A stretch of 63,973 nucleotides of DNA, counting the filler, from Intoshia linei (taxonomy: Eukaryota > Animalia > Orthonectida), in assembly GCA_001642005.1 (NCBI GenBank). It is 4 parts of 4 records of this genome, joined end to end, with 100 filler letters (N's around TTAATTAATTAA, not from the genome) between each part and the next. Parts side by side here need not be neighbours in the genome. Positions count along the whole stretch, not along the records: positions 40,308 to 49,078 come from LWCA01001421.1; positions 49,179 to 63,973 come from LWCA01000940.1; 2 more parts are not named here. One strand, written 5' to 3'. Position numbers and translations under genes: made by a program. A model generated the notes under the pieces. That model searched no databases, had not been told where the DNA came from, and saw nothing but the letters and a program-made list of their open reading frames with translations. This document shows positions 42,917-55,647 of the stretch, piece by piece (the first letter of the stretch is position 1; every line of letters begins with the position of its first letter).

Positions 42917-45226
42917 TTAAATCACTATATACATCTGTGTAGTAAACGTTGTCTAAAAATGGTGCGATATGATTAAAAGTAATAAAATTTAATTTAGACA
43001 GTAAAATTATTAAATATAAAGTCTTTTATTAAAAATTTATGGAGACTATATTTACTATTATTATAATAATTAATATATTGTTAATACTAATATAATTATC
43101 ATTATATTGGGTGGTAACGTTTTTACAATACAGAAAATACAGGTAACAATATTTCAAAAATAAAATCTAATCTAAGGATGAAATAACTCCATATTTTGTT
43201 ACATAATTAAAAAATAAAATTTAGTTCTAATTTAACAAATATTAATCATATCGTACTGGCATGTATTTTTCTCAATTATAAATTGTCATAATAAGTTAGC
43301 ACCCGAATGTGCCTCGTTTATTGAAAATGTATTATTTTACATTCATTATTAACTTATATTGAATAATATGAATACATTACTTTAAATAGCCAGTAATTAA
43401 TAGATAGATAATAGATAGGGCCTACTGATAACTCGCTACGGCCCTGACTTTACATTGTATAGTATATAAAGCTATTGTAAATAATTATTTATACATAATT
43501 AAAAGTTAATTAATAAATAGTAACTAATTGAATAATGTTTAGTGAGTAAATTAAAAATTACATTTTAAACAAAAAGTTTTAAAATTATTCATACAAGTTT
43601 AACCATCAACGTATTCTGTTTCATTCTAAGCAGAACCCATTAATGTTTCAAATATTGCTTTAGTACATAAGATAAATCTAAGAAAACTTTATATTTTAGG
43701 TAAATATATATATAATAAAAACTAAAAAGATTCTTAGATTAAGATTATATTTTTTGAATTAAATAGCGAAAACTAAAATATCATTAATGGACGTAAACAT
43801 ATAATTTTGCGAGACCTGATTTAATGGAAAAGAAAAATCCATATTTCTGTTAGGGTCTATTTTTACATCTATTAACCATATACATGTAATAAAAAAGTAC
43901 ATGTAATAATATGTAAGTGTTAAAAAAAACGAAATTAGTAAGATTTTACTTTTTATCTTATCTATTAAAAAATTATATGGAGACATGTAGTGAAAATGTG
44001 TATATCAACTTTTAAAATTCTTAAAAATAGTAAGTAAATTTTAATTTAAAATTATTTTTTCATAAATATATTATGATGAAAAATATTTAGATTTTCAACT
44101 TTTTTTTAAATTAGTATGTAAAATTGAAAATAAATTTCCTTTGAATTTATTATTTTTTAAATTGTTTCAATACATTTTCTACATTTTAATTTTTTATTAA
44201 TCTAGTTTGTAATAATTATAAACTATAATAATAATATTCTTATTACACTTTTCATAAAATGATAAAATTATATTAATAAATTTAAATTGTAGACTGTAAT
44301 TAATTAGAAATAAGGCATTTATATAATATATAAAACATACAAAATACACATAAATTAAATAACATTATTAATATTTATGACCATATTATTAAAGTATAAT
44401 TGACAATTAAATCATTTATACTCGTGTAATGTATCAATTCAAATATAAATAACATTTTAATATTAATATCAACATCCTACATACAACATACACTAGATGG
44501 TATGAAAATCATATGATATCGTACACATAATGATAGCTAAATTCACAATTTTTTACAAAAATTGTAAAGCATAAATTATAATTTATTTTAGTGTGTAATT
44601 TTTAAACTTTGTTCACATTTGTATCTTTAATTATAAAAATTTAATTTTAATTTAATAATTATTATTTTTAGTATTTTTCCATGTTATTATTAATCTACAT
44701 TATATTTTTACAAATTAGTCAGTAAATTTACGAATTTTGATAAATTCATAATTCTCTAAATTGTGAGAATTAGCACAATAAATTTATGACAGTTTGCAAG
44801 TTATTTGGTATTTAATTCGGAGCAAAGTAAGTCAATTAGAAACTTATTCACTTTAATTATGATTAAAAACTTAATTTACTCCAATGTAATAATTAAATGA
44901 TGTTCAAATAATGAAAAATTTAGTAATGTGTATGATATAAACATTTCGATTATATTAGATGGTATTTGATAATAACATAAATAATACATTATAGTTTGAT
45001 TTATATTTTAATACAATTAACATAACATGTAACATAACAGCTAGTAAATACGATCATATAAAATAATATTAAAGAATAATCTACGGGAAGGAGTAGATAG
45101 GCATTTTTGCTTTCAACACCAAATAATTTTTTGTTAACCCATTAAATTTTTTCTATGGATTATAAATTAATTAATTATTCTATTAAAAGGACCTGAACGT
45201 TTAAAGTGGTTTCTATAAATCTAGTG

Positions 45227-45532
45227 CAAGGGGCAGAAACCAGTGGCCCACATAATAATTTTGGTGGCCATTTGAGTAAACATAAAAATTATTTATATTT
45301 AAATTTTTCAATTTTTAAAATCAGTTTTAAACATTTTCTACTATAATTGGCTTATTATCATTATTTTAATACTACGTTTTCATTTTGGATTTTATTTTGT
45401 TGAATATACTAGAACCGTTTATGTTTAATTAAACTTGAAAATGTATCACATATACATTTTCAAAAACGGGGCCCGTAGAATTTATTGATATAAAAAAATG
45501 GCCCACGAGATACAAAAGGTTGCCGACCACTG
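45227..45532. mobile_element. hAT MITE (17669 family, inverted orientation)
   Basis: Reverse complement of the 24195 copy; ends GGTTGCCGACCACTG. Confidence 0.75.
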
Positions 45533-45699
45533 TCATAGTGTATATAATTATATATTATAATAGTATTATTATAATATGTATAATAATATTAATAAGTTGT
45601 GAATAATTTCATTTTAAATCTGAATTTAATTTAATTTAATTTTTTTCAGTATGTAAATTATAATATGACACATCAGTTCACTTAAACAGTTTAGATATA

Positions 45700-46304
45700 C
45701 AGTCTAAGCCAACGGTTCTCAAATGGAGTACTGTTATTCCCTAGGGTACCATAAATTATTTTGGGGTACCAGTTCGTCTCATCTTATGACTCACACTTTA
45801 TGATTCATAAGTTATAAATATTTTTAAAATTTCATAATACATTTATGTATCTATTTTTGATAAAGTAGAGTTGAACTATTTATTTTATTTGATTTTTTTT
45901 AATTCACATAATATCATAGTTACAATAAATAAAAATTATTATGGGGTACCAAATTATATTTTTTTAGTTTAGGGGTACTAACTGCGAAGTATGTTGAGAA
46001 CCGCTGGTCTAAGCCCTTATTAACGGAAATTTTGGTTAGCGAAAATTCCATTTTAGCGGAAAAATTGCATATTAACGGAATTTTAAATATTTATTCAAAT
46101 AAACCAAAAATTCCGTTAATAATAATTTTATCTCTAAAGCTCTACAATCTATTTTTAAGAGAATCATAAATATTAACTCATTTAGGTACTAATTACAAGT
46201 CAATTTATTACGTTTTTTATCTGTGTTAACGGTGTTACTATGGGGAAAATTCCATATTGATGTAATTACGAAATTTTTAATTCCGTTAATAAGAACTGAA
46301 ACTG
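45700..46304. mobile_element. Tigger/pogo-like MITE whose left TIR is split by a hAT MITE
   Basis: Removing the insert restores TA|CAGTCTAAGCCCTTATTAACGGAA ... TTCCGTTAATAAGAACTGAAACTG|TA. Confidence 0.7.
45710..46006. mobile_element. hAT (Buster-like) MITE
   Basis: CAACGGTTCTCAA / TTGAGAACCGCTG; perfect TSD GTCTAAGC. Confidence 0.85.
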
Positions 46305-46652
46305 TATAACAGTTAATGTATCAATAAGTATAAAAATAAATTTGACACGTTTAAACAAAATTATGTAGATGGTAATATCTTTGTATATATTATAATCAAT
46401 TTTTAATTTCGTAAACAATACAAAATTTTAAAATTAAAAAATAATCATTTTCAGTTTTAATGTTCAGTAGGGACAGATTAATCGAACCAAATTTTAGCAA
46501 CTAGTTCATGTTTGTCTTATGATTTTTTTATGTGTAATTATAGATATATTATACAATTGAATTTTTACATCGTCGAAATATATTTCAATGGTTTAATTAA
46601 ATTTAAAATTTTTATTTACATGTTTAAATTAAAATGTCAAAAGCGCTTAGAT

Positions 46653-47238
46653 CAGTGTTTCCCAACCTTTTTTATGTTAGGCTCCAATATTACTCTTAAA
46701 AACATCCCAGGCCCCACTGATAAAAAATTCGAGCGAATAATAATAAAATAATGATAAAAACAATAATGTATTTATTTTTTAGAATTAATGAGACGATTGA
46801 GGCTTTTGATTTTGAGTTTATTAATAGTAGGTACTAAAGTTGTAAGCTTTAATTGTAGATCTCCCATTTTTGAAATTTGTAGTCTATTTATTTTTTTTCA
46901 GTAAGTCTAAATCCGCATTCTGCTAAATAAGAGGATAGAAATGGCAACACAGCAATCCTAGAAAAAATAGTTAAAGTCGGATAATTTTGCATATACTCAT
47001 CAATTTAGTTAAATTTGCATTCAATAGCCCACGATCATTACAGATATATTTGTTTTTTGTCATTTTAATAATTTAATAATACAATTAATTAGTTTAAGTA
47101 TCACATAACCACTTATAAACCTGAGAATATTATATAAAATTAACAATAAATTAATCTAAAGTCTTCATACTCTTATAAATTTTTAATATTTCCCAGGCCC
47201 CACCAAAAATTCGTGGGCCCCACGGTTGGGAATTAGTG
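46653..47238 (-). mobile_element. Internally deleted Buster/Charlie hAT element with transposase C-terminus
   Basis: CAGTGTTTCCCAACC / GGTTGGGAATTAGTG; perfect TSD GCTTAGAT. The minus strand reads YPTLTIFSRIAVLPFLSSYLAECGF...NRLQISKMGDLQLKLT...QSSH* with frameshifts. Confidence 0.88.
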
Positions 47239-48481
47239 GCTTAGATAGAAACTCCAAATTGCCCTTTTTTTCCTTTAAATTTTGATTCGAATTTTCAGAT
47301 TACAGTGTCCGCTTTTTTAAGCGAAATTTTAGTTTTTGTCTGCATACAACTCATTTTATACAGAAACAGTGAAAATAATCAAAATTTTTAAATTTTGAAA
47401 AACTCGGTAGTTTAATCTGTCGATACCAGGATTGACAATTCACTAAATAAATTTTTACCGGTAAATTACCGTTACATTTTAGTTTTACCGCTAAAATGTC
47501 AGTTTCTGAGCTTGAAATTTATCTTACTTTTTTAAACATACAAGTACATGTATTTAACCGCATGAAGAGTTCAAATTCATTAATAATGTAAGTGAGTAAC
47601 TTTAATTAGTAAATAATTACTATTATTTGTGTATTAGAATTACACTAAAAGAAGTATTTATGAAAAAACTGATTGAATATGTCCATTTAGTACATTTAAA
47701 AAAATACTATTTAGCTAGTAAATTTAAAATTTAGTTTTATGACACACACAAGAAATATACTTCAAGTCATGTGTATTGTGGTAGACAGTATAATTATTGT
47801 TTTTATTTTATATTTTAGATCGTATTTACCTAACATTTTTTTTATATAATACGTTTATGTTGGAAATACTTACTTTTAACTTATAGATGGTACTTTTTAC
47901 TAAATTGTATAATTTACATTTATGAATACGTTCTAATTATAAAAAATTTAGTGAACAAGTGTAATATTATTAATAATATTAATGTATATTATAACAGCCA
48001 TGATGAAGTCTAATTCATAGAGATCACGTTTAAAATAAATATTATTTATAATCCATTTTTAATAATAATATTTTGCAAATCTTGGAAATGTAATACCAAT
48101 TATTAGGGGTGTACCACAGATTTTTTTCCTATGAAAATTTTTTATAAAAATAAGCTCCCTACAATAAACTGATGAGTGATGTATCCATCTTTAAATAAAT
48201 TTCTGTTGTATTATAATAAAAAATTAATACATCTTTTTAAATGTAGTATGTAATTTTTTATCTTATTCTGAAATTCGACATTGCTATCATAACAACAATT
48301 TCACATTGATTATAATAATGGTATAGGGTTAGAAAAAAATACAAATTTATCGATGAATGCCAACCCTAGTCAGTATCAATGTATTTATTAATTTATTTGT
48401 AAAATATTTGAGGGTATAGTTTTATTATTTGTCAAAAATGTTTTAATAAATTATGTCGTCAGTAATTCTCAATTTTTCGTA

Positions 48482-49078
48482 CACTCTGTGCCAAAATATT
48501 ATGCAGATCTAAAAAACTTAATAAATAAAATTATAGCAGAATATAATTTTCTAACTAATTAATATAAATAATTATTAATATCATTACAATATTTTACATT
48601 TTTATCATGCTCCAGTAATTTTCTATAGGGTTTAAATCCGGACTGTTAGGGCGCCAATCCATCAATTTTCTTCCACTAATGCCATTTTCTGAGAGAAATG
48701 ATCGCGTATACGACGATGCATGTTAAGGTGCATTGTCATGCATAAATATGCAATTATTTTTAAAATTTTTGTTCATCGCATTCAACTATGGAACGTAATG
48801 TTGAGCCATAAATTCTGTGTAATTAAATATAAAAATTTAAAAATATATAATAATAACTATTATAACTTCGAATTTATTTTCACGTCACTAAGAACTCTAA
48901 TTGGCCCTAATACTTCATTAACGATTACGCCAAAACATTATACCACCACCACCTTGTTGACGACGCATTACTGATGGTATTTTAGCGTTATTTAGTACCC
49001 AATATTTTGACCAGCCATCCGGGTCATCAAGAGTTGCACGACATTCATCTGTAAATATTACGGATTGGAAATTTGTCT
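48482..49078 (-). mobile_element. TRT/DD37E Tc1-like transposon, 3' half (defective)
   Basis: TNFQSVIFTDECRATLDDPDGW...RRQQGGGGIMFW...FMHDNAP*HAS...KLMDWRPNSPDLNPIENYW, with 37 residues from D to E after correcting a 2-nt slip. TIR TA|CACTCTGTGCCAAAATATTATGCA. Confidence 0.85.
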
Positions 49079-49178
49079 NNNNNNNNNNNNNNNNNNNNNN
49101 NNNNNNNNNNNNNNNNNNNNNNTTAATTAATTAANNNNNNNNNNNNNNNNNNNNNNNNNNNNNNNNNNNNNNNNNNNN
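49079..49178. other. Scaffold gap with TTAATTAATTAA linker
   Basis: N44-TTAATTAATTAA-N44. Confidence 0.98.
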
Positions 49179-50664
49179 AGTCCGGATTTATGTAATGCTT
49201 TTAAAACTTCATCTAAATCAATTTTGTGTTGAGTTATAGATAGTGATGCAATGATTATATCATCAAGATATGCTATAGCATTTTCAATTTTAGCCAATAC
49301 TTTATTCATCAATCGTTGGCATGTCGCTGAGGAATTTTTTAGACCTTGCGGCATAACTTTAAATTGATAAATTCTTTTTTCAAAGGAAGTTGTGAATGTT
49401 GTCTTATATCTATCCCTTTGTCTCAATGGGATTTACCAGAATCCGCTGGTCAAATCCAAAGTGGAAAATATTTGTGAATTAAGTTGTCTAAAATCGAGTA
49501 TCATTCTATTTGATCCATCAGATTTTTTTTGAAAGAAATAGTTTGACTAATAAGGACTATAAGTTGGACAAGGTTCTATTATTCCTAATTTTAATAGTTG
49601 TTTAATGTAAATTTTATGATTTTCAATGTTATTTATTCCAATATGAAATGGTTTTGAACTTTTAAATTTTGCATGTGGATTTAAATCTAGAATGTGTTCA
49701 ATTTGTAAAGTTTTTCCAGGTGTAGTGGAAAATACACTATAATACTTAGATACTATACAATATAACGATTATTCAAGGATTTAATGTTATTACAATATTT
49801 AATTAATCCTATAACTTCAATGCATTTGCAACCTATTAAATTTTATATAGATGTTATTTCAAATTCAATAATAGTTCCAGACTAATTTTAATTTTTTGTG
49901 ACTAAAACTTTTTATCTCACCACCATTTGCAAATAATAGTTTTACATTAGACGGTTCTGACTTTTGGTTAAGTAACTTAAATGATTTTAAATTAATTGAA
50001 TTAATTTGATAACCTGTGTCAATCATATATTTTATTTTTACTTCATCATTTCCATTTTGTATAGATAATTCAGAATTTATTTCACTATCATGGTTCATTA
50101 TGGTATTTACGTGTCTGGTGTTCTCTTTCTTTTTGTCATAGTATGGTTTCCTATCATTGTTGTCATTATTAGCATAGCTGTTTTCAATGAGTTTTAAATA
50201 ATTAATCACTTTTTCAAGAGTAGGATTCTTCATTAAGATTAACTGTTGTTGGCATTTAACATCCTGACATTTCATAATTAATTTGTATCATTATTCTATC
50301 TTTAATATCGTGGAATTGACAGGTATTTCCAATGTCATATAATTTTTTCATGAATTGATCTGTATTTTCCCATTTTTTTTGATAGCATTGTTGAAATAAA
50401 ATCTTGTCCATTACCATATTTCTGGTGCACTTCAATTTTTATTTGTGCCACTGTGACAAGGTGCTTTAATTTTTGTCTAGCTGCTTTGCCTACTAAATTT
50501 TTTAACATAATTGATTTTTAAATAGATGAAAATTTTTTTTCCCTATCTTCATCTAGAAATGTTATATATTCATCAAATAATATTATCCATTCTTTAGCAT
50601 CCATTGTTACACGTCCACTATCATCAACCAGTTGTGGAGGTTTTTGAATGATACTTTGGTTCAT
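49179..50664 (-). mobile_element. Decayed Ty3/gypsy LTR retrotransposon (gag-protease-RT)
   Basis: gag-like ORF from 50664, protease YMIDTG, RT FSTLDLTSGFW...KTTFTT...YQFKVMPQGLKNS...AYLDDIII. Multiple stops and frameshifts; truncated by the gap. Confidence 0.9.
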
Positions 50665-52299
50665 TTTAAAATCGTTTTAATGATGAACAATAAAAGATAT
50701 ACAGTAAAAACTTTAATTAACAAGAAAACAATTTTAAGATCGATAAGTAAAGATCTATTTTTTTATCTATCACTACAAAGTTTATTACATTTAGTGGTTC
50801 AAAATCGAATTTTATTGAATTAAGAGTGCCAAATGGAAAAAGGTTAAGAACACATGAATTAAGGTGTCGTGCACTGTAAGTAGATTAGTTATAAATTTAT
50901 TTTTGAAATTTAATATGGATAATATTTTTCTCTTTTTTTATATTATTTACACTATTCAATTTAGTCTTTATTAGTGTATGATTATTATACTAAGTTATTA
51001 GTGTTAGTGTTTATACTAAAAAATAGAATCAAAATATAATAGCGAATAAAATCTTATGAAAATAATGTTCACTGCTCAAAATTAAAATGTAGTTATATGT
51101 TTCTATTGAAAATACACAATTTTGATAAAATGTGTTCAAATTAAGCCGTGTTCATATATAAGAGGTTTGACATATTAATATTGATTAAAGTTTAATTTAA
51201 AATTGCATTTGTATGTCATATCACACTTGTCGCATATTTAAAAGTCGTAATTCACTTAATTGATATATTGCGAGACGCGATTTATGACCCACAGAGATAT
51301 TATTATATGATTTTCCATTTTATATACATTTTTATTTTGATGTATAAATTGTGGAATGAATACTTTTCATTGGACATTAACACCTGCCTATCTTATTCAT
51401 AGTATATAACATATTATATATACTATTTTTATCTGACATTTATATTATTAAATATTTATCATGAACTCTAATAAACAGTAAAGTTCAATTATTTCATTAA
51501 AAATTATTTCATTTAATAGATTTAACACTTTTAATTTTAAATTATAAACATCACAAATCACCAACTTATAAAAGAATATTTTTCAGATCAAAACCTCAGA
51601 TTACCTTTTTTTAAATATGAAAATAATCTTATAATTTAAAAAAAATTATAGTTGATACAGCTATATCCAGTTAACAGACACAAAAAAATTTATCTAACAA
51701 AGTGACGCATCCACGTTCAAAGAATCTTTTGATGTTGATATTTTTTATTTGATAACTATTTTACTAATAAAAAATTATAGAGTGACTAAGTCGTATTATT
51801 TAAAAAAACATATTAGGACCGCAGCTTGTTCCAGTTAAACTAGATATGAAATATAAAATTTCAACCTCAAAAATCTACTATACCCAGTAAAAAATGATGT
51901 AATATATTATCAACAACATTTTTCAAATTTTTCAATTAACATGATGTAAATATAAAAAATTTAAATATTTATCCTACAATTTAAAAAATAGTGAAAATTG
52001 ACCGTATAAATATTGTAAATACAAAAATATGGGTTTCAATCTCATACATTGATTGTTCCTATATTTTGTCATTGCTGCGCAATTTTTTATTTTTAAAAAC
52101 TTTCAAAGTTTAGAATCAACTCAAGTACAACTTTGTTAGTATACTTATGAGATTTATTTTAATGTTGATAACATTGCTTCATCCTAAATGTGTGATAAAA
52201 GAAAAACGTACTTCTACAGGTATTTAAAATTGTGTTTTTTCTGGAATTTATGTTTATTATGACAATAATTATATAGTCACTACAATTATAATAGATAAT

Positions 52300-53245
52300 T
52301 TTCTTAAACCCAACCATTTTTATTAAAATCCAACCATTTTTACTAAAATCCAATCATTTTTAATTAAATCAAACCATTTTTACTAAAAATCCACTTTTAC
52401 AAACCCCTAAAAAAAATGCCAATTTCATCAACCCTTATGGTAAAACCTACTTTTACCAACCTTTAATGGAAAAATCGAGTTTTACCTACCCTTAAGGGAA
52501 TAATCCACTTTTGCCAACCTTTAATAGAAAAATCCCAATTTTACGAACCTGTATGAGAAAATTTACTTTTACAACATTTAATAGAAAAATGCAGTTTTAA
52601 AAGCCCCTTTAAGGAAAATTCCAGTTTTACCAACCTTTAAAGGAAAAATTAACTTTTACAAAAACCTAAGAAAGAATTGCAATTTTACCAACCCTTATGG
52701 AAAAACCCACTTTTACCAACTTTTTATGTGAAAAAGAAAATGCAAACGGCGTGCTTGAAGGGCTGAATTTTCTGAAACAGACATACAAAAAGAGAGGTAA
52801 ACAGTGTATAATTCAAACAATTACGACTGACGAAGGCAAGTTATATCAGAAACTATGGAAACCCTTGGTAGTTCGACCATATGAGTTAACTGTTGGTTTC
52901 ACGTGAAAACTTTGATTTAATCTGATGCTTCCGGGATAACTTGTTTATCACTATTTTTTTATATTTGAGATCTTCATTTTGTTTTGTTTGTGATATTAAG
53001 TTTTTATGGGATACTCCGCAATTCTGTAAAACTGGATTTTTTCCTTATAGTTTGATAAAGCTAAAATTTTTTTTTATGGTTGGAAAAACTGGAATTTTTC
53101 CTTTTAGGGTTGGTAAAACTAGATTTTTCCTTTAAAGGTTGGTAAAACTGGAATTTTCTCTAAAGGATTTTTAAAACCGAATTTTTCCTTTTAGTGTTGT
53201 AAATTTTGATTTTTAGTAAAAATTGTTGGATTTAAGTAGACACCT
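52300..53245. mobile_element. Foldback element: tandem ~20-bp and ~31-bp subrepeat arms in inverted orientation around a GC-richer spacer
   Basis: Left arm (AAATCCAACCATTTTTACT)n then (TTTTACCAACC-TTAA-GGAAAA-TCCA)n. The right arm is the reverse complement and ends TTGTTGGATTTAAGTAGAC. Confidence 0.75.
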
Positions 53246-54714
53246 ATTATAATTTGATTTTTTTAAAAATTAAACATTCAGTATCTATAATAAATTAAAA
53301 AGTTGGGCATCGGCGAGCTAGATGCTGTTTGTACATAACAGTCAAACTTATGAATTACTTTGTACTTAAAAATTATGTATTATTTGCATGCTTGAAATAA
53401 ATAATGTGATTTGATAATTTAAAAAATATTAAAAAAGAAAATTTGTAGAAAGAAATGAATAAATATTATATGATAATTTTTGTATTGTTTATGCTAGAAA
53501 ATGTTTATATGCCTTAAAGCAATATTTTACAGCATTGTTTTAATCTTTTCAATGTTAATCTTTTTTTTGAATATACCGCGCAAAATCAATTAAGCATAGT
53601 CATCTAATATGAAATGAAATGTATGCATTTAACAGGTGACTAGGCGTAATGGATAACTTTATAAATGAGTTGATTTGTTTTTAATCTTTTCATTAATCCT
53701 TATTACACGTGCTAATCTCTTCTTATTAATTTTTAACCTCTAGGGCCAATTAATTTCTACTTGCTGGTGTTATTATTGAATATCCTTTCATGTTTAATTA
53801 ATTACATTTGTAATAATTTCTATACATAATTATAAACGTTACTTGTAACCTAACAAACTAAGACAACCTAAAATGTTATATAATATTTCTACGACCGTTA
53901 AAATTATTAAATTAAAAATACAAAATTGAAAGACCTAAATCCATGAAATTGTAATAAAAACAATAAAATTGACTGAATTTAAAATTTTTGTATCTCATAG
54001 AATGAAATATTGGCATTTAAAATTAATGTCTACATTACATCATCTAATTATTGGTAAAAAATATATAATGATTTGACATTTTATTTCATTTTATGTCAAT
54101 GTCTATTCCTAAATACGACTTTAAATTTTAAATAATCATTTAAGTTTTTCATTTCACATTTGCATTAATAATTTACAAAATAATTTTAACTAATGTAATT
54201 AAATGATATTCATTTAAATGCTAATACCAAATTATGTTTAATTTAGAATAAATTATAAATTCCTCTTAAATTTCAAATTATTTTGAATCCTTAAATAGTA
54301 ATTATATTGATAATTTAATTGTACGAATTTTGATATTCCCGGTATTAGGAGATGTAAAATTTTTATCTCTTTCATAATACTGTTCTAATTGATCGCTTTA
54401 TCAAATAAATACATTTATCTAATAATTTTTATTCTGTGTATATTTTCAAGGGATACTAGAGAGGAATGGAACGGATACGGTTAAGCTAGTTACCCATGTC
54501 CAACTGGACACGCGATTTCAGTTAAATTATGAAAACAATGTAATTTAATATGTTAATATGTTGAAAACACAATAAAACACAAAAAATATGAAAGGATATT
54601 ATTTATAATATTATTTTTTTAGGTAAATATTTTATTAAAACAAAAAATAATCGATAACTAATAATCCCAGTATTGAAAAAAATTCTGATAACCTTCATTC
54701 TAGTTGATCTAGAT

Positions 54715-55647
54715 CATGGGTGACCAACGTGCAGCCGTGAGAGCATTTATGTGCGGCAGTGAAAAATCCATCTGATCATAATGCAATATATCATTTTACT
54801 TTAAATTGAAAAGTTTAAATCAGATTTTATTTAAGATCTATTTAAAATATTTCAATCAAAAAATTACATTTTTGACTTTCCCCAGTTTCTCAAATTTTAA
54901 CGAAGGGCACACAAAATCAAGACAGTCACTGATACCTTTTTTATGTAATTATTAATATTTATATATTTATTTTTATTTTTTGGTTCCACTCTAATGTATC
55001 AAAAAATCGGTTTTTAATAAAACTTTTTTCTGTTGTTCAATTATTATTAATTATTTACCGAAAATATAATAATTAATGTTTTTTCAAAAAAATCTTGGTA
55101 AAAGGAGATCTCCTTTTTGAAAAATCTCGAGATTTTTTAAATTTTTTTAAAATCAGGTTTTTTCTTTTGGAATCAGTTAGAGGAATTATTGATCTAAAAG
55201 TTTAGTAAAATGGGATTTTTCAGTAAAATATTGGTAAAAACGATTTTTTTTCTTAAGGCTTGGTAAAATTGGGTTTTTTCTTTTGGAATCAGATAGGATA
55301 GTTTTGATTCTAAAACTTTGGTAAAAATGGATTTTTTCCTTAAGGGTTGCTAAAATTTTCGTTTTCACCCCATAAGAAGCACTGTATTAATCTTAATATT
55401 GTTATTTATTTCGATTCAGATAAATGACAAATGTGGTGTTAATTTATATGAGTGAATTAAGGATTAATTTTAATTGAAAATTATTAATTAAAACTTGCTG
55501 ATATCAAAATTAAAGAAAACTATTTTATTGACCTAAAATTTAGGTCAAGAGTAAATTTTCTCAATGTTGAAGTAAAATTTGTGCGGCCGTGTATCAATGA
55601 GAAAAGTAGGATTGTGGCTGAATTAGTGGAAAGGTTGTGAACCCTTG
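54715..55647. mobile_element. hAT MITE inserted in a Helitron-family fragment, itself containing foldback subrepeats
   Basis: CATGGGTGACCAAC / GTTGTGAACCCTTG; perfect TSD ATCTAGAT. Confidence 0.75.

Noticed and set aside
52380-52730. Regular ~31-bp repeats that look like a CRISPR array
   Set aside because: The units are contiguous degenerate tandem repeats without unique spacers and are mirrored in an inverted arm. The context is eukaryotic and there are no cas genes.
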